From assembly GCA_030613065.1 (NCBI GenBank), contig JAUWMQ010000002.1, positions 18,007 through 82,006 of the forward strand: DNA of 64,000 nt, given 5' to 3'. Source of the stretch: Candidatus Aegiribacteria sp. Lineage in GTDB: Bacteria > Fermentibacterota > Fermentibacteria > Fermentibacterales > JCC-6. Position 1 is the first letter of the stretch. Each line of letters opens with the position of its first letter. The position numbers and the translations under genes were made by a program. Positions 1 through 10,783 of the stretch are shown piece after piece. The notes below the pieces were generated by a model. That model was not told where the DNA came from. It searched no databases and saw nothing but the letters and a program-made list of their open reading frames with translations.

Positions 1-1
1 C

Positions 2-1030
2 GATTACACTTTTCTCCGCTCAAACTATACCTTCGAGCATTTCGTTGTAGGCCCGAGTAACCAGCTTGCACACGCTGGCGCTCTTGCTGTCAGCCGTGAT
101 ATAGGATCAACAAATTACAATCCCCTTTTTATTTACGGTGGAGTCGGCCTCGGTAAAACTCACCTTATCCAGGCTATAGCGCATCATCTCAGACAGGAGA
201 GCTCGAAGAGAACTTTCAGGTATATTTCTACGGAACTTCTTGTTGAAACGTTCATTAAAAGTGTACTTCAGAATGATTACACTACTTTCAGGAAGCTTTT
301 TCATGGTATAGACTATTTTCTTATGGACGATATACAATTTCTCAAAGGTAAAGTTGAAACTCAGGAGGCGTTCTTTCACCGTTTCAATGAACTTACCCAG
401 CAGGGAAAACAGATTGTCCTTACATCAGACAGGCCTCCGCATGAACTTCCTGGCCTCCCTGAAAGATTGATAAGTCGTTTTCAGTCCGGACTGGTTGCCG
501 ATATCAAGCCTCCCGAATACGAAACCCGTCTTGCCATACTCCAGCTTCTTGTAAGAGACGAGGAACTTGAAGTAAGTCTTGATGTACTGGATTTTATAGC
601 ATCATCTATAAGAAAGAACGTAAGACAGCTTTCCGGTGTTATTCACAGACTCGCCGCAATGTCAAGACTTACGGGATGCAAAGTAGACATGAACCTTGCT
701 CAGAAGGAGATCAGTTCTTCTCTCGGCACTATTACAAGAAGGCTAACACCCGGTAACATCACTTCTATAGTAGCCGAGAGTTTTGATATTTCTCCCAGCC
801 AGCTGAAGGGAAAACAGAGAAAGCGCAATATTCTAGTTCCAAGGCAGGTAGCCATGTCACTTATGAGAGAGCTTACTACAATGTCTCTTATGGATATAGG
901 TTCTTTTTTCTCGGGCAGAGACCATTCTACTGTCCTGAATTCCATAGAAAGGATAAAAGAACTCAAGAAGAATGACCCGGAACTTGATAGAAAAATTGAT
1001 GAAGTTAAACGCAAGCTGATTTCCATTTGA
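2..1030 (+). CDS. dnaA: Chromosomal replication initiator DnaA, 5'-truncated by the window edge (C-terminal AAA+ domain and DNA-binding domain present)
   Basis: The reading frame is open from nt 2 and is in frame with the listed ORF 323..1030. Translation gives YTFEHFVVGPSNQLAHAGALAV...NPLFIYGGVGLGKTHLIQAIAHH (DnaA Walker A region). The C-terminal helix-turn-helix region (VPRQVAMSLMRELTTMSLMDIGSFFSGRDHSTVL) is typical of DnaA domain IV. Confidence 0.9.
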   Translation, partial: DYTFLRSNYTFEHFVVGPSNQLAHAGALAVSRDIGSTNYNPLFIYGGVGLGKTHLIQAIAHHLRQESSKRTFRYISTELLVETFIKSVLQNDYTTFRKLFHGIDYFLMDDIQFLKGKVETQEAFFHRFNELTQQGKQIVLTSDRPPHELPGLPERLISRFQSGLVADIKPPEYETRLAILQLLVRDEELEVSLDVLDFIASSIRKNVRQLSGVIHRLAAMSRLTGCKVDMNLAQKEISSSLGTITRRLTPGNITSIVAESFDISPSQLKGKQRKRNILVPRQVAMSLMRELTTMSLMDIGSFFSGRDHSTVLNSIERIKELKKNDPELDRKIDEVKRKLISI

Positions 1031-1256
1031 CAATGATAGTACTTCTCTTTTCAATTGTTCAAAACTACCTGTATTTAACTGTATAAAATTCTCTCTTGTG
1101 TAAAAGTCCTGTTTCTTTATTTTGTTTTCTACAATTTTTCCACATGGGTTTTTCTCTCATATCTTTTCTGCATGTGACATGTCCACATATCCACAAGTAT
1201 AATAACTATCATTATTGTTCTAAGATTACTGTATTTATAAAGCTGGAGGAATTTCC
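1031..1256. promoter_or_regulatory. Candidate oriC / dnaA-dnaN intergenic origin region: AT-rich stretch with clustered DnaA-box-like 9-mers
   Basis: A 226-bp AT-rich spacer lies between dnaA and dnaN. It contains TTTTCCACA (1126..1134), TGTCCACA (1180..1187) and TATCCACA (1188..1195), all close to the TTATCCACA consensus. The dnaA-dnaN spacer is the oriC location in many bacteria. Confidence 0.45.
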
Positions 1257-2378
1257 ATGATTAAACTTCTTGTTAACCATTCCGACTTACTCAAAGGTCT
1301 TAATTGTGTTGCCACAGCCCTCCCTACAAGAAGCAGTCTTCCTTATCTCACCAATGTTCTTCTTGAAACCGAAGGAGAAACACTTCGATTATCGGCAACT
1401 GATCTCGATACCACGGTTATTACTTCAATACCGGCATCGGTAACAACTAGCGGTTCTATAACACTTCCAGGTAAGAAGTTTCATGAAATAGTGCGTGAAC
1501 TTTCAGAGGAAGAAGTTCGTTTAAGCGGCACTGGTAACAGAATAACAATAAGCTGTGGACTTGGTTCTTTTACATTGAGCGGTAGCTCAAGCGAGCAATT
1601 CCCTTCCCTTCCATCGAAAAGCGGTGTTGATCCATCATGCATTCCTGTTGATGTTCTTTCTGATGCAATTAGAAAAACTTCTTATGCTGTTGCCCATGAT
1701 GATTACAGAGCAACTCTTAACGGAGCACTACTTGATTTCAGCGAAAGCGGATTTGAGATGGTCGCTACCGACGGCCACCGACTTAGTTGTATTACTCTTG
1801 GCAGCCTATCTTCACCCGTAAGTATTCATGCCCTTGTTACGCAGAAAGCCTTGAACCTTTTCGCAAAATTGTCTTCTAATGGAGATGTTCTTATCAGATT
1901 TAAAGGATCGCAGATATCTTTTGAGTTTGGTGATACAATTATTTTCAGCAGAACAATCGATGGAGAATATCCTCCCTACAGGAAAGTTATTCCGCAGGAT
2001 AATGACTGTAGTCTTTCTACAGACAGAGAGGATCTTATATCCGTTCTGCGAAGGGTTAAGACAATGGCGAATCCAACCACCCATCAGATAAAATTCTCAC
2101 TTGAAAAAGACAAAGTTCTTGTTCATTCAGAGAGCGTTGATGCGGGAGATGCACAGGAAGACCTCACTGCTGAATACCAGGGCAGGCCATTCCAGATAGG
2201 GTTCAATGGTAATTTTCTCATGGAAATACTTCGAAATATGAGTTGTGAAAGAATTACAATGAAAATGAAAGACAGTAATACAGCAGTTGTGATTAATGAT
2301 TATGAGGAGACGGATGGTTCCGACTCCTACCTTGCACTGATCATGCCTGTAAAGTTGTCAAAAGCAACAGAAGAGTAG
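1257..2378 (+). CDS. dnaN: DNA polymerase III beta sliding clamp
   Basis: 373 aa immediately downstream of dnaA. The N-terminus MIKLLVNHSDLLKGLNCVATALPTRSSLPYLTNVLLE is typical of the beta clamp, and the three-domain length fits. Confidence 0.92.
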   Translation: MIKLLVNHSDLLKGLNCVATALPTRSSLPYLTNVLLETEGETLRLSATDLDTTVITSIPASVTTSGSITLPGKKFHEIVRELSEEEVRLSGTGNRITISCGLGSFTLSGSSSEQFPSLPSKSGVDPSCIPVDVLSDAIRKTSYAVAHDDYRATLNGALLDFSESGFEMVATDGHRLSCITLGSLSSPVSIHALVTQKALNLFAKLSSNGDVLIRFKGSQISFEFGDTIIFSRTIDGEYPPYRKVIPQDNDCSLSTDREDLISVLRRVKTMANPTTHQIKFSLEKDKVLVHSESVDAGDAQEDLTAEYQGRPFQIGFNGNFLMEILRNMSCERITMKMKDSNTAVVINDYEETDGSDSYLALIMPVKLSKATEE

Positions 2379-2391
2379 TAACTGAATCATT

Positions 2392-2667
2392 GTGAGGAAG
2401 ATTAACGATCTGATACCTGATGTTCTGGATAATTTTGAACCGGACTGTTATCATAAAAGGAACAGAGTTTTAATGCTGTGGGAAAACATCGTCGGAGAGG
2501 AACTTGCCTCTTTCGTTAGACCGACAGGTTTTGAAGGATCCGTGCTCATGCTTAGAGTAGTTCACCCGGCAGCATCAATGGAAATCGGACTTAGAAAGAG
2601 AGAAATACTGCTCAAGCTGAATTCAGAATTTAACGAAGAGCTCTTTTCTGATTTAAAAATAGTATAG
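2392..2667 (+). CDS. Small DUF721/DciA-like protein in the conserved dnaN-gyrB slot (GTG start)
   Basis: 91-aa ORF in the position usually occupied by DUF721 proteins between dnaN/recF and gyrB. The assignment rests on position and size only; no recF is present. Confidence 0.45.
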   Translation: MRKINDLIPDVLDNFEPDCYHKRNRVLMLWENIVGEELASFVRPTGFEGSVLMLRVVHPAASMEIGLRKREILLKLNSEFNEELFSDLKIV

Positions 2668-2691
2668 CGTGCAAGACGAAAGGTAAACGGT

Positions 2692-4617
2692 TTGAGCGGG
2701 AATAACATAAACTATGATGCCAACTCGATAAAAGTTCTTAAAGGGCTTGAACATGTTAGAAAAAGACCGAGTATGTATATCGGATCAACTTCACAGACTG
2801 GTCTGCACCACCTGGTCTGGGAGGTAGTGGATAACAGTATTGACGAAGCTCAATCAGGTTTCTGTACATCGATAGATGTGATTCTGTACGACGACCGTTC
2901 GGTTTCAGTTAACGATAACGGTCGTGGTATTCCAATTGAGATGCACGAGAGCGGAAAGTCAGCGCTTGAAGTGGTTATGACTACCCTTCACGCAGGAGGG
3001 AAATTCGATAATACCGCGTATAAGACATCTGGAGGACTCCACGGTGTTGGAGTAAGCGTTGTTAATGCGTTGTCTGAATGGCTGACCGTTGAGGTACATA
3101 AAGGTGGTAATATCTATACACAAAGTTACCATCGAGGAACGGCGGATGGACCACAGAATAATATCGGCAATACGGATCTGACAGGAACAAGAATCAGATT
3201 CTTGCCTGACTATGAACATATATTCGAAATATCGGAGCTTAACTTTGAAACACTGTGCAGCAGACTGCGTGAGCTCGCCTATCTCAACAACGGGTTGAAA
3301 CTGAGCATTACTGATAAAAGACTGGAGAACGCAGAAAGGTATGAAGAATACTGTTTTGAAGGTGGCTTGAACTCTTTTGTATCTTATATAAATGAAGCTC
3401 ATACGACACTTCATAATCCCGTGAGAATAAATGGAGAGTTCGAACTTGAAGAAGATGGGCTTATAATTATCGATGTAGCATTTCAATACAATAAAGCCTT
3501 CCAGGAGGACATATTTTCTTTTGTTAACAACATCAATACTATTGATGGAGGCACACATCTGTCGGGAATGAAATCAGCTCTCACGAGGACACTGAATGAA
3601 TATGCCTCGTCCAATAACATGTTCAGCACCAAGGATGATTCATTCTCAGGAAGCGACGTAAGAGAGGGCCTGGTAGCAGTAATAAGCGTCAAAATTTCCG
3701 ATCCGCAATTCGAGGGCCAGACAAAAACCAGGCTTGGAAACAGAAGTGTTCAGGGAGCCGTACTTTCCCACGTCAGCAGGGGAATATCAACTTTCCTTGA
3801 AGAGAACCCCTCAATAGCAAAGAATATTGTTCAGAAATGCCTTCTTAATCACAGTTCCAGACAGGCCGCAAAGAAAGCCAGGGAACTTACCAGAAGGAAA
3901 TCAGCGCTTGAAACCGCTGCTCTACCCGGGAAGCTTGCGGATTGCACTGTGAACAACCCGGAGGAGGCTGAGTTATTCATAGTAGAGGGTAATTCAGCCG
4001 GGGGTTCAGCGAAACAGGGCCGTAACAGATATTTCCAGGCAATACTGCCTCTCAGGGGAAAGATTCTCAATGTAGAGAAGGCACAACTTGGAAGAGTTCT
4101 TCAGAACAACGAAATAAGAACGATCATCACAGCCGCAGGAACAGGTATCGAAGAAGATTTTGATATAAGCAACATCAGATATCATAAAATTATTATCATG
4201 ACGGACGCGGACGTTGACGGATCCCATATAAGAACCCTGCTTCTTACATTCTTTTACAGGCATATGCCCGAACTGATAGAAAATGGATACATTTATGTTG
4301 CACAGCCCCCGCTCTACCTTATAAAGAAGGGAAGCACTAAAAAGTATGCATATAATGAAAAGGAGAGAACTAAAATCGTAGAGGAGTTCGGAAATATCGG
4401 TATTACTATGCAGAGATACAAAGGACTCGGTGAAATGAATCCGGATCAGTTATGGGCAACTACGATGGATCCTGAGAAGCGGGTTCTTCTGAAGATAAGA
4501 CTTCAGAATGTCATGGAGGCGAGTCATATTTTTTCAGTTCTCATGGGTGATGATGTTGAACCAAGACGAGAATTCATACAGCAGCATGCCGCTGATGTAA
4601 TGAACCTTGATGTTTAG
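2692..4617 (+). CDS. gyrB: DNA gyrase subunit B
   Basis: 641 aa with a TTG start. Contains the GHKL ATPase motifs (HHLVWEVVDNSIDEA, GLHGVGVSVVNALS), a TOPRIM region (EGNSAGGSAKQGRNR) and the C-terminal motif QRYKGLGEM. Confidence 0.95.
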   Translation: MSGNNINYDANSIKVLKGLEHVRKRPSMYIGSTSQTGLHHLVWEVVDNSIDEAQSGFCTSIDVILYDDRSVSVNDNGRGIPIEMHESGKSALEVVMTTLHAGGKFDNTAYKTSGGLHGVGVSVVNALSEWLTVEVHKGGNIYTQSYHRGTADGPQNNIGNTDLTGTRIRFLPDYEHIFEISELNFETLCSRLRELAYLNNGLKLSITDKRLENAERYEEYCFEGGLNSFVSYINEAHTTLHNPVRINGEFELEEDGLIIIDVAFQYNKAFQEDIFSFVNNINTIDGGTHLSGMKSALTRTLNEYASSNNMFSTKDDSFSGSDVREGLVAVISVKISDPQFEGQTKTRLGNRSVQGAVLSHVSRGISTFLEENPSIAKNIVQKCLLNHSSRQAAKKARELTRRKSALETAALPGKLADCTVNNPEEAELFIVEGNSAGGSAKQGRNRYFQAILPLRGKILNVEKAQLGRVLQNNEIRTIITAAGTGIEEDFDISNIRYHKIIIMTDADVDGSHIRTLLLTFFYRHMPELIENGYIYVAQPPLYLIKKGSTKKYAYNEKERTKIVEEFGNIGITMQRYKGLGEMNPDQLWATTMDPEKRVLLKIRLQNVMEASHIFSVLMGDDVEPRREFIQQHAADVMNLDV

Positions 4618-4649
4618 TGTCCTGTGAATAAACTAGAAAGAAACTAAGT

Positions 4650-7136
4650 ATGATCGAAAGGGTTGAAGGAGACCAGTTGAGCAGCAGTCATAACGTAAAA
4701 TCGGACGTCATTGATATAGAAGAGGAAATGAAACGTTCCTACATGGATTATTCCATGAGCGTCATCGTTTCAAGAGCCCTGCCCGACGTAAGAGATGGTC
4801 TTAAGCCGGTGCACAGAAGAATTCTGTATTCGATGTATGAGCAGAAACTTACCCACAAACGTGGATACAGGAAATCAGCAACAGTTGTTGGTGATGTTCT
4901 TGGAAAATACCATCCCCATGGGGATTCCGCGGTCTACGATGCGATGGTTAGAATGGCGCAGGATTTTTCTCTCCTGCATCCTCTTGTGGATGGACAGGGC
5001 AACTTCGGATCAATAGATGGTGATCCAGCAGCAGCATACAGATATACTGAAGCAAGGATGTCCAGAATAGGCTCGGAAATGCTTCGCGATATCGATAAGG
5101 AAACCGTGAATATGGTTCCCAATTTCGATGACCGCCTGAAGGAACCATCAATACTTCCCTCAGGAATACCGAATCTTCTAGTCAACGGTTCGTCAGGTAT
5201 AGCAGTTGGAATGGCCACAAATATACCACCACACAATCTTCGAGAGATAGTCAGTGCATGCTGCAGAATTATTGAGAATCCCGACCTTACCGAAGAAGAG
5301 CTATTCAGCATAGTTAAAGGACCCGATTTTCCCACAGGCGGCATAATTACAGGTACTCGGGGTATAAGGGACTGTTACACGACCGGAAAAGGGTCCATCC
5401 CGGTCCGCGGAAGGGTTTGTATTGAAGAAGCACCGAGGGGCAGGGAAGCCATAATAGTCACAGAGATTCCCTACCAGGTGAATAAGACCAGACTCATTGA
5501 AAATATCGCCGAACTGGTCAAGCTGAAAAAAATTGTATCAATAGCAGATCTACGCGATGAGTCCGACAGAGATGGCATGCGAATAGTCATCGTGCTGAAG
5601 AATGACGCCCTTTCTGATGTAGTACTTAACCAGCTTTACAAGCACACCAGCCTTGCAAAAACATTCGGGGCGAACTGCCTTGCTCTCTGTAACGGGAAAC
5701 CTTTAAGATTGACCCTTCGCAATTTTCTTGACTATTACATTGAGCACAGGCACGATGTTATTGAGAAACGGGTAATATTCGATCTCGCAAAGGCGGAAGC
5801 TAGAACCCACATCGTGGAAGGGCTACTCAAGGCGCAGGATTCGATTGAAGAAGTTATCAGGGTCATACGGGAATCCGGCGACAGTGATGAAGCCAGATCA
5901 GGACTTATGGATGGATTCGGATTCACCGAAATCCAGGCTCAGGCTATACTTGATATGCGCCTGAGAAGACTCACAGGCCTTGAGCGGGATGAGCTGGAGA
6001 AAGAATACGGTGAACTGAAGATTCTTCTGGCAGAACTCAGAGAATTTTCAGCGAGCAGGTCAAAGAGGATGAAGATCGTTGCCGATGAACTTTTGGCAGT
6101 TGCCGATGAATACGGCAGGGAACGAAAAACGGAGATAATGCCTTACGCCCCCGGAGAAATAGACATAGAGGATCTGATCCCCGACGATGAGATGGTAATC
6201 ACCGTATCACGAGAGGGCTATATCAAGAGACTCTCATCGGATACCTACAAGATCCAGCACAGGGGCGGCAAAGGTATTACCGGAGCGAAGACCAGGGAAG
6301 AGGACTCACTGGAGCAGATCTTTGTTTCTTCAAATCATAGTTATATCCTGTTTTTCACCAACCAGGGAAGGTGTTACTGGCTCAAAGTTTACAAAATACC
6401 TGAGGCGGGCCGCATCAGCAAAGGAAAAGCAATAGTCAATCTTCTGGACCTTGAACCCGAAGAAAGACCTGTTGCCAACGTCTGCGTGAAGGAATTCGAT
6501 GAAGACAGGTTCATACTTATGGCAACCAGTAATGGGCTGGTGAAGAAAACATCTCTTTCCAGCTATAGTCATCCGAGGAGAAATGGAATTTGGGCCATCA
6601 AGCTTGATAGTAACGCTGAACTTGTCTCCGCCGCTCTTACAAATGGAAACGGTTGGATTTTCCTTGCCCTTGCTGGCGGTAAAGCCAACAGTTTTTCCGA
6701 GAAGGAAATTCGTCCAACGGGCAGGCATACAAGAGGAGTAAGAGGTATCAGAGTGGGTAAGCTCGACAGGCTGGTTGGCATGGTAGCCATGGAGAAACCC
6801 GGGAGTCTGCTTACTGTAACGGAAGGCGGGTACGGCAAAAGGACCTTATCTGAAGAGTACAGGATTACTCACCGGGGAAGCGGCGGAGTGATCAATATCC
6901 GCAACATTGATCGAAACGGTCCGGTCATTTCAATCATGCAGGTTTCCGAGAAGGATGAGTTAATCCTTATTTCCGCACTTGGAATGATTATAAGGCTTCC
7001 AATTGAACAGATAAGGGAGATGGGACGGAGTACAATGGGAGTCAGGCTTATGAATCTGCCCGTTGAAGACAGCGTGGTGGACGCGGCTATTGTACATCCA
7101 GGTGACGATAACGCGGATCAGGGAGAAACGGAATAG
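4650..7136 (+). CDS. gyrA: DNA gyrase subunit A
   Basis: 828 aa. Contains the active-site region [11 protein letters not shown] (catalytic Tyr) and a QRDR-like [22 protein letters not shown]. The C-terminal repeats are typical of the GyrA beta-pinwheel. Confidence 0.95.
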   Translation: MIERVEGDQLSSSHNVKSDVIDIEEEMKRSYMDYSMSVIVSRALPDVRDGLKPVHRRILYSMYEQKLTHKRGYRKSATVVGDVLGKYHPHGDSAVYDAMVRMAQDFSLLHPLVDGQGNFGSIDGDPAAAYRYTEARMSRIGSEMLRDIDKETVNMVPNFDDRLKEPSILPSGIPNLLVNGSSGIAVGMATNIPPHNLREIVSACCRIIENPDLTEEELFSIVKGPDFPTGGIITGTRGIRDCYTTGKGSIPVRGRVCIEEAPRGREAIIVTEIPYQVNKTRLIENIAELVKLKKIVSIADLRDESDRDGMRIVIVLKNDALSDVVLNQLYKHTSLAKTFGANCLALCNGKPLRLTLRNFLDYYIEHRHDVIEKRVIFDLAKAEARTHIVEGLLKAQDSIEEVIRVIRESGDSDEARSGLMDGFGFTEIQAQAILDMRLRRLTGLERDELEKEYGELKILLAELREFSASRSKRMKIVADELLAVADEYGRERKTEIMPYAPGEIDIEDLIPDDEMVITVSREGYIKRLSSDTYKIQHRGGKGITGAKTREEDSLEQIFVSSNHSYILFFTNQGRCYWLKVYKIPEAGRISKGKAIVNLLDLEPEERPVANVCVKEFDEDRFILMATSNGLVKKTSLSSYSHPRRNGIWAIKLDSNAELVSAALTNGNGWIFLALAGGKANSFSEKEIRPTGRHTRGVRGIRVGKLDRLVGMVAMEKPGSLLTVTEGGYGKRTLSEEYRITHRGSGGVINIRNIDRNGPVISIMQVSEKDELILISALGMIIRLPIEQIREMGRSTMGVRLMNLPVEDSVVDAAIVHPGDDNADQGETE

Positions 7137-7195
7137 ACGTTCAGGAAAAAGTCAGGATTATAGAAGCCTGGAGTCAGGAAAATCAGCTCCACTCC

Positions 7196-10100
7196 TTGAA
7201 ACCTCCCGAAATTGGAAAGGGTTTCAGTCTTCCGGAAAAGAATCTTGATATATCAATCGTTTCCCCCGAAACAAGAAGCAGGGTCCTGGCAATATCTCTT
7301 TTTTCATGGGAATGGAAAACCGCCGGAGATGCCCTGGCATTTCTTCTTACCACGATAAAAGACAGCGATGTAGATAAACTTCTTGATAACCTGTCGAATA
7401 TGCAGTCGCCGCCACCGGTCATGGAAGATTCGGCGGTCAAGTGGTTCTCAGCCCTCACCAACCTCCCGTCTGACGCCGTGGTTGTGGCTGTTCAGGAATT
7501 TTTTCATCTCAGCTGGGTATGGAACCAGATAGGTCCACGCACAGGGCTTGTATTTGATGATCTCATCTCATTGTTATACAAGACATTGCGCGTTCTGGCG
7601 GAAACACCTGGAGACCTTTATCTTGCCGAAACACTGATTCAGAAAGGCATCAGATGGCCTGAACGATTCGGTTTCATGCTTGAAAGGACAAGGATAGGCG
7701 GAGGGAATATCGTACGTGCCCTTCAGCGCGCAACAGAGATAATGAAGTATGCCCCCCCTGTAGTTCACGAAACCCTTATTGATTTCGCTGTTGAGACAGG
7801 ATGGTATCTTCTTGCAAAGGAAGACTTGCCGGTATGGAGATCGATAGGAAGGAACGGGGAATCTCTTTTCAGAAAAATGAGGGGATTTTCAATCAAGATA
7901 GAAGCAATCCGTACTCTTTCCGGGTTTCTTGGAAAGCTGGAGGAAACCGAAGAACTGCACCCACTGCTGGAAGACACGATGAAGAGAGTAATCACCGATA
8001 TACTGGGCGAACTTGCCGAACAGGATATGGACGAAATTCTTGAAAATATTTCCGAAAAGGCGAGAGAAGGGCTGAAAAGAAGAGCTGAGAGAAATATAAA
8101 CTTTGATATCATAGACCTGCCTGTCACAGACAGCGGGAACGCACTCGATTATGGAAGAGCTATCGCAGAGATGATCTTGTTCGCCGGGGCAGGAAGAGCC
8201 TTCTATAACTGCTTCCGCGAAACATATTCCATAGCAATAGAGACGGCTGACAATAATCAGGTAATCATGATATCCCGACTCGCTCGTGACAGAAGTGGAA
8301 CCGATTATCTGGAGAGCAGCAAAACTGAATTTTACATTGATTTCATTCCCATTGCTCTGAAGTTCCTTGAAGGGAAGACCAGTAATACAGAGATAAAGCG
8401 GGTCGTTAATTCTGTTGGACGCCTGATGGATGCGATTCTTTGTCAGGACGATCCTGAAGCGGCAATAGTATCCACGAATGCCTACCTGGAGAAGGTTGAG
8501 ATCAGCTATGACAAACTGTTGCCCACGCTTGTACTGCTGTTCCGCTCGACGAAGAGTGCCAGATTTCAGGATCTTGTTTCAAAAAGCGAAGTTTTCGCAG
8601 GCATACTTGACCTGTTGAATGTCAATTACAGAAAAAGACTCCTGGAAGGTGAACAAACAGAATGGTTTACACCACTGGCTGAGGAATCCATCCATTCGGC
8701 AGAGGTTATCATGCGCAAACTGGGAAATATCAATGATGTAGAACTTCGCGGAAGATTCATGGATAAGGTAATAGCTCCTCTGTTGCAGGGAACGGATACA
8801 GAAGACCCCATATTCAACGAACTTATCTCAACCGCTGTCTCCACTTATAACAGAGAGATGAGCATAGACCAGCTGAGGAAAGAGGAAACATCACTTCTTG
8901 GAAAGCTGTTCAGGGCAGAGGACAGGAGCAAGGCTCTCAAGAAATCAATGGAAAACCTTCTAAGAATTCCAGGGATAGAGGAAAAGAAAGCCAACGATCT
9001 CATCTACTCCTCAAGAATGCTCTGCGATATCCTTTCTCAGCAGGCAGTCTGGATAGAGAAGACCGGACATAGAATCTTCAGCAAATTCCTCTCCTACGGA
9101 CTTAACGCATTTGTGAAAACCCTTGTGGAACACCCCGATATAGCCGAAAGAGTGACTGGAAATTTCATGAGGCTTATGATCGATACCATAATTCCTTCAA
9201 AGGAAACTGAGGACAGTGATGTGGCTCTCTGGCAGTTGAAGACGGCGGCGCTGTACTTTGGGAAAACCATACCACTGACGACCGAGCTTATTGCCGATAA
9301 ACCTGATACTCTTATCTCTTACTTCATCGAGATATCAGAGCTCGCAGTGGCTTCCAAGTACGGAGAACCTGCGGGAGCCGCGTTCCTTTCATGGATGTCC
9401 CACAGGCTTGAGTCTGAACTTACCAGTGAATTCGCAAGAAAGGTGAGTGAAGATACTCCATACTCCGAATTCAATGAAAAATTCAATGCTACGTGGCTTA
9501 TGGATAAATGGAGGAGCATAAGGGAAGCGTCCTCCGAAATAATGAAGGAAATGGTGGAATCACTTCAAATACTTACCAGCAACCCTCTCTACCGCCAGAT
9601 ACTTCTCCGGGAGGGACGTAAACTCATTGAGGGTTTCATTGAGAATGGATGCAGCGATATCATTTCCGGTTACACAGGGCAAGACCCCCACGCGGAAATA
9701 GCAAAACTCAGAAAAATCGCTGAGGGCAATGATATCATTGATATATTCAGAATAATGGAAAACGAAAGTAATAGTTCAGCAGGGGAGATTCCGTCAGAAG
9801 TAAGGAGCTTCTTCCAGGAGCAGGCATGCCCTCCGGGCCAGAATATGTGCAGGTGCTGGCGAAAGAAGGTATTCTCGACGCTTGAAAATGTTCTCCTGGA
9901 TATAATACTGCTTTGCGATGATAAAAAGAGCCTTGAAGAAATTGAACAGATGATAGATGATTTTGTAGAGATAATAGGATACTTGGGTACCGATGATGAT
10001 TTTAAACCAAATATAATTCTAACTGCTCTTGAAAAATCACTCTCAAGATCCGAAGGCAGCAGGAAGATGACCATAAGTGTTGCCGTAAGGAACCTTGATA

Positions 10101-10783
10101 AAAACGTATACAAGCTGATGTGGCTCAGGAAAGCCACCAGGAAAGCTGCGGAATCGGTTGCTGGTTATATCCCCGGCAGGAAGATTTCCATTAGACTGTT
10201 CGACAGGATTTCAAGAGAAAAATCCGCACAGGAGCAGATACTTTTCATGAAACACTTCGGGAAAATTTTCGCTTCCCTGGAAAGTGAGATCATGAGGAAG
10301 AAACCCACAGAAATTAAGTCAGTTAGATCCGCTCTGGAGCATATCTGGATATTCAACCCGGAAGTGGCAAAACAAGGATCAGTAGTTGACATCGCAAGGG
10401 ATGCTGTAGAAATCGTAACCCAGTTCTTCCTTGAAGTTGGAACAAGGACAGGAGCGGTCAGCGCGCCCGAGGCAGGGGCAATAAGTCTCGGTATGCGACG
10501 CAAATATAGAGACAACGCGAATACGGTTGCAATTCTAATCAAATGGACACAGGATTCATCGCGCTCTGATCTTCTGACTCTTGTGGAGGCGCACCAGCCG
10601 TTACTTGAAGCTGTCAGCAGAGACAGCGAGCTCATTCAGATGATAGACAACCTCTGGAGTATCGGTAAAGCAAGGCTATATATAAGATCCCTTGCTGACA
10701 GACCGGACAAACTTAAAAAGCGGTTGATCCGTTTCACAGGAGATAACGCGACTGGAAGTAATGACGGATTACAGTATACATGA
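7196..10783 (+). CDS. Very large (1195 aa) hypothetical protein, predicted largely alpha-helical, with no recognisable catalytic motif
   Basis: Uninterrupted 3.6-kb ORF with a TTG start, and no Walker, HExxH or similar motifs seen by eye. Its 3' end overlaps the asparaginase start by 23 nt, implying translational coupling. It lies directly downstream of gyrA. Confidence 0.55.
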   Translation: MKPPEIGKGFSLPEKNLDISIVSPETRSRVLAISLFSWEWKTAGDALAFLLTTIKDSDVDKLLDNLSNMQSPPPVMEDSAVKWFSALTNLPSDAVVVAVQEFFHLSWVWNQIGPRTGLVFDDLISLLYKTLRVLAETPGDLYLAETLIQKGIRWPERFGFMLERTRIGGGNIVRALQRATEIMKYAPPVVHETLIDFAVETGWYLLAKEDLPVWRSIGRNGESLFRKMRGFSIKIEAIRTLSGFLGKLEETEELHPLLEDTMKRVITDILGELAEQDMDEILENISEKAREGLKRRAERNINFDIIDLPVTDSGNALDYGRAIAEMILFAGAGRAFYNCFRETYSIAIETADNNQVIMISRLARDRSGTDYLESSKTEFYIDFIPIALKFLEGKTSNTEIKRVVNSVGRLMDAILCQDDPEAAIVSTNAYLEKVEISYDKLLPTLVLLFRSTKSARFQDLVSKSEVFAGILDLLNVNYRKRLLEGEQTEWFTPLAEESIHSAEVIMRKLGNINDVELRGRFMDKVIAPLLQGTDTEDPIFNELISTAVSTYNREMSIDQLRKEETSLLGKLFRAEDRSKALKKSMENLLRIPGIEEKKANDLIYSSRMLCDILSQQAVWIEKTGHRIFSKFLSYGLNAFVKTLVEHPDIAERVTGNFMRLMIDTIIPSKETEDSDVALWQLKTAALYFGKTIPLTTELIADKPDTLISYFIEISELAVASKYGEPAGAAFLSWMSHRLESELTSEFARKVSEDTPYSEFNEKFNATWLMDKWRSIREASSEIMKEMVESLQILTSNPLYRQILLREGRKLIEGFIENGCSDIISGYTGQDPHAEIAKLRKIAEGNDIIDIFRIMENESNSSAGEIPSEVRSFFQEQACPPGQNMCRCWRKKVFSTLENVLLDIILLCDDKKSLEEIEQMIDDFVEIIGYLGTDDDFKPNIILTALEKSLSRSEGSRKMTISVAVRNLDKNVYKLMWLRKATRKAAESVAGYIPGRKISIRLFDRISREKSAQEQILFMKHFGKIFASLESEIMRKKPTEIKSVRSALEHIWIFNPEVAKQGSVVDIARDAVEIVTQFFLEVGTRTGAVSAPEAGAISLGMRRKYRDNANTVAILIKWTQDSSRSDLLTLVEAHQPLLEAVSRDSELIQMIDNLWSIGKARLYIRSLADRPDKLKKRLIRFTGDNATGSNDGLQYT

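Noticed and set aside
2959-3692. Antisense ORFs inside gyrB (199 aa and 69 aa on the minus strand), and similar shadow ORFs inside gyrA, the 1195-aa gene, the V-ATPase genes, the GT-C gene and the Gre-fusion gene
   Set aside because: They are fully nested in strongly supported genes on the opposite strand and have no motifs, so they are typical shadow ORFs.
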